A stretch of 64,000 nt of DNA from Ptychomitrium polyphyllum. Taxonomy: Eukaryota. A model generated the notes under the pieces. It ran no database searches, had not been told where the DNA came from, and saw only the letters and a list, made by a program, of their open reading frames with translations. The DNA lies in the NCBI GenBank assembly GCA_973851085.1, contig OZ316776.1:11656001-11720000 (forward strand), written 5' to 3'. Each line of letters opens with the position of its first letter. Position 1 is the first letter of the stretch. Below are positions 13,145-27,629 of the stretch, piece by piece. A program made the translations under genes and the position numbers.

Positions 13145-14812
13145 TGAGCGATCCAATCGACTCTCGGAGGATCAGCTCCTCACAACTTTGTTCAAACTCT
13201 CAAGTGTAATTGATACTCCTGTGCTCAAGAGCCACCTTGGTACGATTAGTGCAGTTGATTAGGTCTCTCAGGCAGGATCATCCGGTTGTTCGACGTTGGC
13301 AACTATGGATAATAGATTGCTCGGTTGCATTGTGGTCCCAGATGTCATGTCCAGGATGAGTGACATTCTCCATTTAGAGTTGTGTCTCATTGTGTGCAGT
13401 TTGAATGAATCGGCATCATGCCATGCCAATGGAATGATACTCTAATTTGCTCTTTACTTGCCTTTGTTTTGAATTTAAAGATGGTCATCAGTGATGAAAT
13501 CCAACCTGACCATCTGAATATGAGCCAAGTTTTTTGTGCCTGGTTTAAGTTGGTATGCAGAAACAACTAAGCAAAGAAAAGTTTCAATTCTGAATTGATA
13601 GCAGGTGCTTGGGAGCTGATGGGTGAGTGTGACGTCTCAAGGGTATGATATGCCGATGTGATTCGGAAGGGTGAACTATGAGAACCCCATTTTGTTCTAC
13701 CACAAGGATGATTCACCCATCTTTGATCAACTCACCTATGGTCTATAGTTCAAAATATTCTTGCAACGAATCATAATACAAATTCCATTTCTTTAAATCT
13801 AATTTCAATGTTGACAATAAAGTTATTTGAAAACTTGAACCTTTTCACATTCAAACACTAGTATGAATTGGATAAATATGCAAAACAACAACAAATTAAT
13901 AGATCATGCAATCTAAAGCTATCTTTCAATCTGAGAACATATCAACGAGATGGTTCAAAAACTATTCTTATTTTAAAAATCGTCATATGTACAAAGCAAC
14001 ACAAGGCGCGAAGATAATTAAAGGAGACTGAGTTGCACTGCCAAATTTCACTTTCTGGAATATGTGTCAATCCAAGAAGCCTTTCCATCCATGTCCTGTT
14101 GATGGGCAATCTACAACAGTTTTTTGAAGTTTTTCAAACAGAACTTCAAAACTTCACAAGTTCTTCATATGGTGTCCAAATAATACATTTCAAAGTGCAT
14201 TCCCCTGAAAATTCTGCGAAGATTACAAAAAATACAGTTCTAAAATTATAACCATGTACAACAGCGAAACAGCACAGCTTTTGAACCATCTAGCTTAAGA
14301 TCCATAATACTAATCAGAATGGACACACAAGATACAGTGGCTGGCTGGTAAATCATTATATAAATACCAACCTTACCAGCAGATGATGTCTGAAGGATCA
14401 AGGTCCAGTTTCCACATAACTATAATTCATGCTCTACAACCTCATAATCACACTCAAGTCTCAGAATACGCACTCCATGGTTCCTCTGCAATAGCAATGG
14501 ACACAGTATTTGACTCTTTACAACGATACGACATTTGCCTGTTAAGTTCCCTCTTTCACTGTTCTAATTTTTACAACAGAAGCCAGTGAGCATCCCAAAT
14601 GCCAGCAAATATGCATCCTATGATCTATTAAAACTGGAGCGACAAACACCCTAAAAATTGGGTTTCAGATAGGTTACTCAATGCAGGTCTGTGGTATCTG
14701 TTGTAACACTGAAGTGGAAAAAAAATTGCAGCAAAACTGGAATACACTAAATGTAACTACATACGCAAGTGTCAAAAGTGATGGAATTTGCATGTGAGAT
14801 GAAGGTCAAAAG

Positions 14813-17800
14813 TCAAACTCGAAAACTGTAGAACCTACTACGAGACCTTCCTTGTGATTGAGAAAGAGCCTTCAAGCGTGTTGAAGGTGTATATGATGGT
14901 ACTGGCTCATCACCCCCTTCATCAGAGCGCCAGCGACTACCTCCATTCTCATCAGTTTCAGCATTCCTGATCCCACACAGACCACAGAGAAATTTCGTCA
15001 ATTAACCATCAAAAACCAAATGAAGAAAAGGATCAACTCATTGGTGCTTACTAAGAAAAACTGCAGTTTAGACAGTGGCCTAGAAATTTTTTAAAGTAGG
15101 GTTACAACAAAACTGGTAAAAGGTTCCCGATGGAAGAACAGAAAGCATATCAACAAAGCCTAGAAAAGAACTTCACGGCAAATGAAACAACAACGGCCAA
15201 AAACAAGACCATTATATAGAGTGACTACTTTTCAGTTATCAACTGTGGGGGGATACTAAATGAGGTAACAAAGAAGCACCGACCTTTTAGAAGGTTCCCA
15301 AGGTAATACGCCAGCGGCGGACGAGGATCCGTTTTCACCGTCAATGCCTGTAAAGGTGAAATCCTTTGATGCAGCCTTCTCCCCAGTCCTCTGTAACCAG
15401 GACCGATCTGATGGCTGTCGCTTCCCGTTAGATGGCCAAGAACCTGCTCCCTCTAGATCCATTTCCATTGTGTCATTTACATCTCCATGCAGCCCCTCTG
15501 TCCGTAATCCATTCTCCAGGGTTAAATGAGAACCATTGCCTAAAAGATCAGTCCCATTCATCTTCACTGCGATCCGCTTCTCCACACCAGTTGCCCAAGA
15601 GCCTGGTCCTGCTGCATCCAATTCGTCACCCCGCTGAACATCTCCAAAGTCAATCAAAGGATAAAGAGAAGGCTCCTTCGGTTGTTCAGCCTCGTATCGA
15701 AGACGGCGTCCTTGCACAGGGCTTTCTCCCAGAGTAACAGAATCACGAGCTGCAGTAGGCCCATTTGTTTTGGGAAAATTCATGTTGGAGAGGATAGGAG
15801 AGGAACGTGCAGGTGATCGTAGTCCTAAACGTTCTTGAGCAAAAGAAGGTTGACTCGTACTAGCCCAAGCAGACGTGGATGGGAGATTGCTTTCTTCAAA
15901 AGCCATGGGTTCCCTTATCAGATTTCCGCCAGCATGACCAAAGAGCGGGGATGCCAAAGGAGGAAATCTATGCTCCTCGACAGGTAATGTTTCTGGTTGC
16001 GGTGACTCGACGTCACTTTCAACGGCACAGCGAGCCTGCTGTTGCTGGACCTCTGGTAAAAGCTCCATGCACTTTTCCTGCATAAATCGACCAATCTCAG
16101 AATGTACTTCTAAAAGCTAAGCAAAGTATAGTAGGTAGCAGCAGACTAAGAATAAGAAGATACACAACAAACATGATAAACCAAGTATACACTAGCCCAC
16201 CGAGCTTAAAATGTGCTGCCTCGTTGAGTTTCATCTCTCTCAATTAGCAACGTATATGCTTAGCCCAGTGTATGTATGTAGTTGTATAGCATGTAGTCAT
16301 ATTAATTTTTCATCCAAGACAAGAGAGGAAAAACACTTACAACAATTCGAGCCCTCTGATCACTTGCCATTCGAACCCGAGAGAACTTCGCTTCATCAAT
16401 GCACCTTTCTCCCCACAGGTCCTCAAGTTCCCTCAACTTTTTGTGCACTGCATTTGCTTCAATGTACCGACATCGCTGTGGATGACAAAAGCCAGAAGAC
16501 ACAAATTTTGTCAGCTATCAACGTCTAAATTTGCACAACATAAGCAGTGACTGGCTCCAGAAATCTACAGTGTACTGAACTGAAGTACCATTACTCCAAA
16601 GATGGTGTAACAGGTGTGACAAACAAAGCAGAAAAGTCACAACGAGACATCGCTCCATACAGTACAGCAACACACTCGAGTCATGACAATCATTTGTAGC
16701 AACCCAACATTAAGTGCTAGCTTCAACTAATTGCACCCCACCTTCATAAACTTGAAAAGTGACTTGTAGGACAGTCAACCAGACATGTGTAGTACCTGAA
16801 TATAAAAGACAACAAGAAGATTTCCGGCTGTGGAGGAGGGGTCTTGTCCAGCACGATCAATCAGACACTTCCTCACATACTTCTCTTCCTCTTTTCTCCA
16901 TGGAAAAACTAACATTTTGCCCAATAAGCTCATGCCCATACATAACCTGCAGATTTCACTCACCAATACCTCCATACTGACAGACCAATCACCTCCCTCC
17001 CGCTTAATACCATCGACATAAGCTCTTTGGTATAAATACCCTTCAGTCAGAAGACCGCATTGGAGCCAGACTCTAACAGCTGTAAGAGCATCTGGAAGCG
17101 GAACAAGACCTGCTGCTTGACCATCTCGTCCGCTAGCACGAAGGACAGAAAGGGCTGCCGCGGCTTTCTGACGCTCAAGCAACACAGTGACCACCTTTGG
17201 ATGTGTGTTATGACAAGAAATTTCCGGAAGTAATTGACACGCCTCCTCGAGGGCGTGATCACTACTGTCATCAAGGAGGTAGAAGACAAGGGACTCCAGC
17301 ATGAGATGTCTTGGTATGCTAAACGTACTGGCATAGTCATCTACTACCCCTCGCCAATTCTCGTCAGAGGATGCCCAATGACGATCAAATAAAAAGTACA
17401 AAAAAATTGCTTTCTTAGCGAGTATGAGATCACAAGTTCCCTTCAGAAACAACAGGTCCACAGCTGAACGGATGCTTTCAGGCGGGTAAGGCGACCCTGA
17501 TTGCATTGGTTCCAAGTCACGTCTGAACCTAAGAGAAGCTGCGGTCTGAGCTGCAGGCCCTTGACATAGCCAGCTGAGCTCTGGAAGATCTCCCAATCCC
17601 GCTTCATCTTCATCATCGTCTTCTAGAAGTCCAAGGTTAGCTAATGCCTCCTCAATAAAAAGAGTAGCCGGTTGCGAGGCCCCTAATTTTCCATTGTTGT
17701 GAGCAGTCTCTGACCATACCCTATCCTGAGCAGCCAACTTTCGTTCTTTTACAGCTGTGTGCCACTGGCTGATGCTTGCATAGCTTGATGGGATGGTTTC

Positions 17801-20332
17801 CAGAAACTGATGACGTGCACACCAAGCCATCACTTCCAAATGCTGGAGAACTTTGCGCATAGATTCCAGGAGCTGACGAAGCTCAAACAAAGTTGCGGAA
17901 AGAGGTTGATCCACAAGTGGCGCCTCAAGAGCTTCCAAAACAAGGGCAACCCCTTCTAGCTTTCTCCCATTCCAGTCAATGGCATCAGCTTTAGTAATCA
18001 TCTGCTTTGGACTGAGACTATAGATATCTCGCAGTTCAAGGGCAATGCAGTGAAAGGTTCGCTTACACCAATCTTTCACCACACCTCCATCCAACAATAT
18101 GGACACCAATGCATTACTAGAAACAGCCCCTTCGTCCATGCATACCTCCGCAACATAGTGACAGACTAAGGAGACAAGATTATTGTCCAATGCCACATCA
18201 AAGAAAGAGTAAAGACGGCCAACATCAGCACTCTCTGACAGCAGACCAGCGTCTTTTCTGATGAGTCCTGCATCAACACACTCCTCATAAAGCCGTAGCT
18301 TGTGTTTTCCAAAACCGGCTGTAGGGGTTCTACATATTGGACAGTTGTCACTGCGTTGAAGACATTCCACACATAGACAGGCATGGCCACATGTTGATAG
18401 TACATGATGAACAGCTCGTCCACAGCTGCGTAAATCACGAGTTGCCCTGCAGGTTTCGGTCTTCGCTTCAACACTTAATTCACGGGGCTCCAGTAGTACC
18501 AAACGCTCCAGCGCGGCCTGATTTGTCATGGCTTCAAATTAGTAACAGCCTCATAGTCTGTCCTCACCTTAACATCTACATTGTTACACTGAAAGGAGCT
18601 TTAATCTGCAAAATCTGAATAAATGAATCTCACCCGCTTTGTGCGAAATATTAGATCCAGAGAAAAACTAGAAGCGAAATTTAAAATTCAAAAAGTCAAA
18701 AGATGCACCTCATTTGGACACAACGACGACCCTCGTTTGCTAACTGACAGTGTAACCGTGTGCATTATCTGATCACCATACTGCCCTTCAACTAAGTGGA
18801 TATCATGAACTGATGATTTCATATACTGTAAATAAACACTAAGAAGCGTATTTTCTTACTGCATGACAATATATTTAAAGGCAGTAAGACATGACTACTT
18901 AAGCAAAATTTCACTCAGCCCAGAGCATCGTTAGCGAATTTTCCCAGCACTCTTTTGCATGATTCTCTAGGAAGGGAATAAAATTTTATACTACGATCTG
19001 CATAAACAGAAGAACCCTAAAATGGGAAGAAGTTACAAGGGGAGACATAGCTAAGAAATAATTCGAGTACTCCAAACTTTACAAAGGGAAAACAACCAAC
19101 AAAGATAAGTGAGTGAGAGCATATCAGTATCAGATTTCGTAGTATCCGTAATGTTCTCCGGTACAAGGTTGCCACTGACGAACAGCCTCATAATTACAAA
19201 ATGACCACCAACGCTGAACGCTTACAACAACATAAGGGAAAGTAAAGACTGGCTAATTGAAAGGAAATGTACGAAGCAGATAAATTTTATGAACGTGACG
19301 GGGATAGAGCACTAAAGTGAATGTATAGAAATGGAAGGGTGAACCTACGAGAAACAGCAGGTATTCTTCAAAATGGCTTCGAAGGAAAAGACTTGAGTGA
19401 AGCTCCAAGTAGATATGATTGGAACGCCCTGTTACTAATCGAGAGCATTTTAAGAGAAAATATGCACGATTGCAAAGAAACTTTGCAATATTGACATCCA
19501 GGAAATCTTTTTTCATAGGCATGTTTAGCTGGTGAAAATTAAATGCCCAATTTAGTAGAACTGAAACCTAAAAAAAGAAACAGTGCACAAGGAGCACTTT
19601 AATGTTCCTCGAGAACATAGACCCTCCCATTCCAAATTTTCTCTAAGACTTTGACTGTTGCACAAAAACCACCACGTAAAAACCTTAAATGTCAAAATCT
19701 AGTTTACCGAAGATGTAGAATCCCTGAAACTACACCATAATCATCCTTCCACTGCCAATTTACACCAACAGTTTTTCAGCAACCCTGAGACCTAGAGCAG
19801 AATAAAACGCACAATTTTCGTCGTGATTTACTACTAACAGTAAATATTGGGGACATGAAACAGCTAAATCTCCTACTGTTCGAAACGTTTCAAGGCAACT
19901 TCACATTCTATGCACAAAAATACAGTGCCAATCGTAGATCGCGGCAGTCACAACTGAATGTCATTCAGTTAAAAGAAATGTACAAGAACATTTCCCTTAA
20001 TCTCCATCCTCGTCCTAGGCACTAAGCGTAAAATTGCCATCACGAATGAATGACCATTTACATGCGAAACTGGACATCACACCCAGACTGACCGGGACGA
20101 TGTAAGATCACAAGAGATGTAAGCGCGTAGCTCTCATAATCATCCTCTCTTCAAACCTCTGTTTAAAATGGTGCATGAACTCAGATCTCTCGCGCTTCAT
20201 AAAACAAGCAGGACAAGAGCTACTGACAAAACCAATGTCGGCTGAAAGCGAACCTGAACACATTAAACGGTAAGTCAAGTATCAAAACTTGTCCAAAATA
20301 AGGTAAAGCTGTACCTGTTTGTGGCCGTCCAT
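14813..20332 (-). CDS. HOS1: E3 ubiquitin ligase HOS1 (variant RING + ELYS-like domain); exons 20332-20315 (probable), 18517-16796, 16475-16341, 16077-15284, 14966-14813
   Basis: CRATRDLRSCGR...CGHACLCVECLQRSDNCPICR, LAKKAIFLYFLFDRHW, LLVVFYIQR and C-terminal RWRSDE are HOS1 hallmarks. An alternative start exists at ATG 18529. Confidence 0.9.
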
Positions 20333-23300
20333 GGCAATATTCGGTGCACAAAATCCCAAATATTCTTACTCCGTGCTCTCTGGCAGCTCCTTCATCCTGT
20401 CTTGGTCTCCACGAAAAAGAAAAAGAACGAGTAACTGAAGCCTGACGATTCTGGACTTCGGCTGCCCGCTCCTGCTTAGAAATTGCTTGATAAAACGTCA
20501 CCACAAACTAGAAAGCAGGCGCAGGATGCAGGACGAGAACAATGAACACTATAGGCCTCGTGAGGACCTAATTGAAGCTTTTCTAAAAGTCCAACTCTCG
20601 AAAATCTCTTTACACCTCCACAGACCTGATGCCTCAACACCTGAAGAAGAAGGTATTCATGATCCAGGATAACCATAACGCATTTCCCTACTGCAATAAA
20701 CGATACCATCTCCAACTCCAACTCCTCCAACAACCAGCATGCTGCACACACAAAGAGAGGAACGCCTCTGCTCCACCACCACTCTAAAGCCCCGTACCAC
20801 TATTCCGTATGCACTATACCCTAAGCCTCCAGAGAAAAACCTCTTCAACAAAAGCTCCGATTGCAAACCCAATTTCACGAGAAAAAGGCGAGAAAGCTAC
20901 GAAAAGCAAGAGGCTACCAATATGTACTTGATAACCCCTAAACTCTCCACCCCTTTTATTTTCTGAACACGACAGAACCTCTGAAAATCTCCGAAAGGTC
21001 AAGCACATGTCCCCTAGGAAACACTCCAATGGCTTGGCCGAGACAGCCAACGACAAGAAAGCGCGACCACGAACACGAAGCCGCGACCTAGAAACATGTC
21101 ACAACCTCGTAAGACCTAGAAATCCGGGGCTGTGACTGACACCGGCTCATCGTTCGCCACAGAGCAAAGCGGAGCCACACTCGAGCTCAAAGGAAGACTC
21201 ACTCGTCAAAGTTACGTCGCAAGAGACACAAAAAGACAGAATGAACGGCAGCGCGATCCCGGAACAGCCAAATCCAAAACAACCACAATGCAGTAGGCTC
21301 CCCGACAGTGGTGTGAAGTGCACAGGCGACGAGAAAGGGCGAGAGAAAGAGCAGCGAGGAGCGCTAGCGGCGGACGGCGCGTCTGCCCTGGGGTAGGAGG
21401 CAGCGGCACTGCGGCAACGCGCGCATTCAAACAGAGCTCGGGAGCGGGAGCGCCATGGAGCTCGAAAGAGGATGACGACCCTGGCGATGCTCTGCAAACA
21501 CAGACAGCGTCGCCCCGCGCTCTGCCTCCACACCCTAACGCCGGCCTCGTCGGCTTGCCACGCCGGATCTGCGCGGGTCCACCCTCCGCCACCTCCGCGT
21601 GGTTGCGCTGTTGGCATGCCATGTCGGACTCCACGGCGATTCAGGAACGGGTGCACGCTCTGCCATCTCGGCGGGCCGGCGCGAGTGGAGTGCCGCTGTG
21701 CCATGTCGGATTGCGATGGGGGGCCGCGGTTTTCAGGACGAATTTCGAGGTCGTCGTGTTCATTGGCTGGTTTGGGTGTTGAAACCGTTCTACTGGAGCT
21801 AAGTTATTTCAATTTAGCACATTTTTAATCCAGCCCTGGGTTTGGGAGTCTAGTGTTTTAGTGTTTTCCTCTGGACTTTAGTTTCGGTACCATAGTATGA
21901 TACGCATTCTCGTTGGACTTTCAATCTGTCAATCCATAACTGTGACTTTTATGTATTTACACAGAGTATATTATTTGTGGACCACAAAATTCAATGTTAT
22001 ATTATATTTGTTAGAAAAAACAATTGGCACATTTCAAAACATATCATTTGGATGTTCTTATAACAAGTTATAGTTCTCAAAGTGCATAGTATAAATTGAC
22101 TTAATATCATGACATAAAGACAAATGTTCAAAGACGAATCCTTCTAATTATATCAACTCGCTTTTTCCAAGAATTTTTACAATTTCCAATACTCTTACTA
22201 AATCATGGTGACCAATGAAGTTACCGATTTTCCTCCATTGTGTATATTTAAGCTATTTTATTTTACATATTCATACATGTTAAGTTTTTTTTAATCAACA
22301 TTTGCAAATATGATTTTTATAAAAAAAATTAAATATTAAAGGTTGTTCAGAATTTAAGGTGATTCATCTTTAATGTATCAATCTTTGATTAACAAGGAAC
22401 AAAAAAATAGATTGGTTAAAATGATAATTAATACGTTATATTCTAGAGCATTGTTGAATATAAGTATATTAATTTGAGCAAAATTTGAATTATATAAGAA
22501 TTTAAAGTTTTTGACTTATGTGCATTAAAATCCTAAACCCTAATATCCATTCCAAATTATATATTTTTCTATAAATTTAAAATTAAAATATTTTGTATGC
22601 TTGAATCATTAAATTATTATTTTCATTAAATCAATATATTTTCTCACCGTTCAAACACATATCAACAACATGTGTGGTTTATGATTCTTATCTATTTTGA
22701 TTTCAATTTATTTACTAAAATATAATCATAAAATTAATTTTTAAGTTCATTTCATGTAAACATTTGCATATTAATAATACATGAATTTTTTAGTTTTATA
22801 AAACATAAATATTTTAACTTAAAATTTTAATTGTTTATTATACAACTTTTGTTTTGTACTAAAAGACAACATTGGAGATATTGCTTCTTCATGTAAAATT
22901 TCACAATTCAACTTTTTATAATGAATATTTTGATTTTATATTAACAACAAATTATTTCTATAGTTCTTTTTAAATCACAAAAAAAAAATTTGATTACAAA
23001 AATTTGATAAGCTAAAAAAAATAAAAATTTATAATCATTTTAAAATTAATTGAGTGCTTGCTTATATTTTATTGTAGTTTACAATTGTCAAATATCAAAT
23101 TTTACTTAGTGCATTAAAAAAAGTCATGGATTTTAATTCTAGCATTCTACTAATCCATTTAACAAAAATTTAGAATTGTTGTTTATTTAAATTTCTACGA
23201 ATCCATTGAATTGTGCTATATCATTTATAACATCAAATAAACCAAGTAGAAATTAGATAGTTGCACTTCTGTAATAAATATTTCTAAGGTTCATTACTTT

Positions 23301-24101
23301 GTAGTATTAAAAGTGAAAAATAAAAATTTGCAATTTATGATCCAATTCCTTGGAATAACCAGAATAATTAAAGAAATTTATAAAATATTTCAATAAACAA
23401 AATTGCAATTAAATAATATAATTTTATAATCTAAGCATTATAATGTTTATGCAATCAACATGCTTTTTTATAATTTTTCTACACAATAAGCTCCAATCTA
23501 AAAGTGATACTTTAATCTTTTGTTATTTTGTTTAAAAGGTGATTAAATGTTAAAATTGCTAAAGAATAAAAAATCTAAGCAATGCTTGGAAACTTTGTAG
23601 TAAACTCTGTATGATACTAACGTTATTGCTAAATCAAAACTACATTTAAAACTTAAATTTATATATTTATTTTTATGCTTGGTTTGGATGAATCATTGTC
23701 TTTATATTGCTCAACCTTCCTACTTTTTTTTTACATTGTTCTTCAAGGCATCAAAAGATTTTTTCATATCTAATTTATTAAGAAGGTCAATGGCTCCATG
23801 TAGTCCTTATTCATGTGTGCTTTGAGCTAATTATCTTTAACTTTAAAGCTTATAAGATTGCTTTGTTGTGGTTCAAATTACATTGCATAAGTATTTCACC
23901 AAAATATTATACATGTAGAGTTTTCACCACTTTTAACATCTTTTATAAATTATAAGATTGTATTTTAATTTTTTCTCTAATTACCATCAAGATAATTTAC
24001 AATGATGAGATTGTTGTGAATAATGTAGCACTGTATTTTGCATATATAAATCAATCTTTTTGAAAATCAATAGTTATATCTAAAATACTTAGAACAATAT
24101 C

Positions 24102-25242
24102 TGTCGCAACCCTTATAATGCACTTTAGCAAGCGTCACGCGTGTCAACCCTGTACACCTTCACATGCACATGGTTAACCTCCATTCTCACTTTCCAAATC
24201 TTTCTACCATTTTTCTTAGGACATCCAATTGATTGGTAGCCAATGGTTAGGTGCGCACTTCCATTCATGTCCAAGGCCTCACTTGGTGTTACTCCCATTC
24301 CACACGGCTTAACCGCACTTAGCGGTGTCTCCTCACCACCACTCATGATCCCCATGCGATCCTAAGATCACCCCGGGCCATTATGGTGCCGGCGTGAAGA
24401 CACCACCCCAACTTAGTGGTAACAAGCGTATCCTTTTAAACATGCTAGTTCCCTCCATGAAACCGGCCGTCCACCGGCTCACAATGGTGTAGGAGTCCCC
24501 GTGGTGAAGCCCCAACACTAGCTCCACCAACCGAGACTCACCCTTGGTTCCTACCGGGACACTAGGGGAATAGGGAGGGGGACCAGCTCTCCCCTATAGT
24601 ACTCTCTGTGGAATTTGGTAGGCCCACTGGCCCTCTGTAGCTGGCTGAACCCCGACACCCCCAAACTATTGGAAGACCACCCGATCTCCCTTGGGACTTA
24701 GCCGCTGGAAGCATCCGGAAGTCCCTGCGGACTTTTGAGGAGCCATATCTTCCACATCCGGTGCCCGAATCTATCAAGCAACCACTTTATTGTCATCTAC
24801 AGTTTGCGTAGATGCTGATAGACTCCTCAAACGTCCAATTTGAATTAGTATTGTGGGAGATACGCCTCTCCCAAGGTTCGGGACTCCCAGGGAGTCTCTC
24901 CCTGGACTGTCCAGTCCAGTACAGTCACTGTGTAGGGCTGCCACAGTCCAGAACAGCCCTTGGCAACCCCAATTTTTGGATGCCATATCTTTTAGCTCCC
25001 TTGTCCAATTTGAGCAATCTTTAGCATTCTAAAATCAGCTCTTTGTGATTCCTCCAATGCCCATGATTTATTCCTCGTGGCCTTTGATCTACATGAGTAA
25101 AGATATTTCTCTCTTCGAAGTCTTTTTACGCTACGCCTACTTGGTTCCCCTCACTATGGATGCCACAAGTCCCGGACGTCATTTCAGGGTCCCCCTTATG
25201 CCCTTAGTATTGCGGGCATTCCTTAAAGAGAGGTGCGCGACA
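24102..25242. mobile_element. Solo LTR of an LTR retrotransposon (1141 bp)
   Basis: GC-richer block inside AT-rich DNA with TG...CA ends, inverted termini TGTCGC/GCGACA and a 5-bp near-TSD (ATATC / ATATT). No internal gag-pol. Confidence 0.8.
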
Positions 25243-27629
25243 ATATTTATATACAAAAATTATCATGTATGTCATTTCTTGCAATATATATTTTAAAACA
25301 ATAATGTATAAGAATTTTCATTGTGAAATACAACTTTATCTTACCTTAGAGTACTATGGCCATTTCAAATTTCAAATAAGTATATAATGAAGTTATCATG
25401 GATTATTTTCTTAAAGTTTGCTACTCCTTCAAATCATTTGAGCATGCTTTTGTAGAATTTTGATTTATAGCTTTACTTGTCTTAATCATTTTTTCTTCTT
25501 ATTATTTATAAATTCTTAGAATTTTACTTGTCATGTTCTAAAAATACAAATTTAAACTTAAAATTCATATTTTGAACACATTTAGTATACCATTTTTTCC
25601 TTAAAAAATTAAAAGTTTCAATTAATGCCTTTGTTATAATTTTGATCAATACACTATCTTGAATACACTTTTGAACAACAATGTGAGCCCTTAATTATCA
25701 TATCTATCAATATGTTATGCACAATTTTGCATAAACTTTGCACCTCCAACAATAAAACTTATCTCTATTACATTAGCTAACATAAAGCTAATTTATTCAA
25801 AATAATCAGATGAATATACCTTAACCATAACAACATTATGGATGAAAAGAACATTGAACGATGTTAATTGTAAACAATTACAATTATTGTTATATATGAT
25901 TTCAAAAATGTAAGTAAATTATTTCTTATGTTCCTTAAAAAAATAACAAATCTTCGCATTTTAAGATTGATTTTTATGCATCAAATTTACGCACCTTCAA
26001 TTTTGATTAAATATTATTTTAGAAATAATTCGATCATACACTTATTTAATAAAATACATATATCATTAAATATAGCAATATTTACAATGCATCTAATAAT
26101 TTAAGAATAACTGATTGCGCTTAACATACAGTTTGTGTAAAAAAGGACATTAATTATGTAAAGTGTACATAAATAATTAAATCTTATATAGAGATTATTT
26201 AGAAATTATGTTCCATATTGTCAAATCATATGCAATAGAGATGTTTATTTAGCATATGCCATGTTGAAGGAATTTAGATTTTTACAGATAAGAATATCAT
26301 GAAATATTGTAAACTTACCTACCTACTTTAATAAGAATTCCAAAGCTTGACTCCTAATTTGTTGAATGATTATTTTGTTTGTACATTGAAAGTGAGTCAG
26401 TCCACAGGTGAAACCTTATCATCTTTGCTTAGGCATGAAAGTGAGGTAAAAAAAAAGGCGAGATAAAAGATGAGTCTAGGATGGAAAAGAGGGGTTATTT
26501 TAAAACAGCTCTTTCACCAAAGCAAAGGAACCTACTCAACTCTAACCCTCATCTATAAAAAATCAACATCCCAGAACCACATATCTATCAAATTTAGGAT
26601 TTTGGAAGCAGAAAACGAGAGGTTCCTAACGCAGAAACCGTAGTAACACCACCCACAACCCTACATGGAGCGAATTCTATCACTGGCACCTTAATCGGAG
26701 CAAGCACTACTGTACGCCTCAACTGAATCCACGAATTCAACCATAAGCACCAATTATGTTGCAACCAAGCTGGCCACAGCTATGCAAAGCCCACAAGAAC
26801 CTCACAACCTAGCTCGGTCGTCAACAATGATTGCCACCAAATCATACCATTCCTCACTTCCGTAGATCCCACTTGCAACAACAGCGTCGAACCTAGATCC
26901 TGCGTAGCGAGCCGACACTACGAAGGAATCGATCCGTAGACTGGTGTATCTGCCATGTACAACCTGAGAACATCCAGATCTTGATTTTTGTAGATGGCGG
27001 AATCTGCGTCAACTGAGTACACACGGCCGGGCGGGCGAGGAGGTCAAACGCGGAGGGGGAGGGACTCAGGAGCGAGCTTGGAACGCAAGGGCGTGGCCTC
27101 CATCGCTGCCCATCTCGGCGGCCTCTTGCTTGCGCTCCATCGCCGTTGCGGCCCGACGGCGACCTCGCCATCAGCTTCCCTGCGGCGAGATCTTTCTTTC
27201 GGTGTGTCGCATGCACGGTTTGGTTCTGATCGGAGGAGAACGGCGCAGCTGGGGTTTGCTCCTTGCTCCGGCGTAGGGTTTCGTGTGGAGGTCAGAGGGA
27301 GACGGTTTGTGGAGGCGGAGAGGAGTCGTGGGATAGGCTTTTTGGTTTTCTTCATGGTTTCGCATTTGGCGTGGTCAATTGTGGATGTGTGTGTCACGGT
27401 TTGGGGTTTGGAGGATATTGGTGGCCGAAGTTTGTGTTGTGGTGAGGTTTCGTTTGTGGATTTGCGGATCTGCGGGCTTGCGGAGGGCGCGTTGGTTTGG
27501 AAATAACGTAACGTTGCTAGGATGCGCGTTTGAGAAATTTTAGTTTGAGACTGGGGCGCGATTTGCAGTGAGGCAATTTGCGGTTTGAGGTTGAGAGTTA
27601 GGGGGAGAGTGGTGTGTGGTGTGTGAGCC

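Noticed and set aside
21147..21828. Several overlapping 118-185 aa ORFs on both strands
   Set aside because: GC-rich HOS1 promoter/leader with few stops; no recognisable domain.
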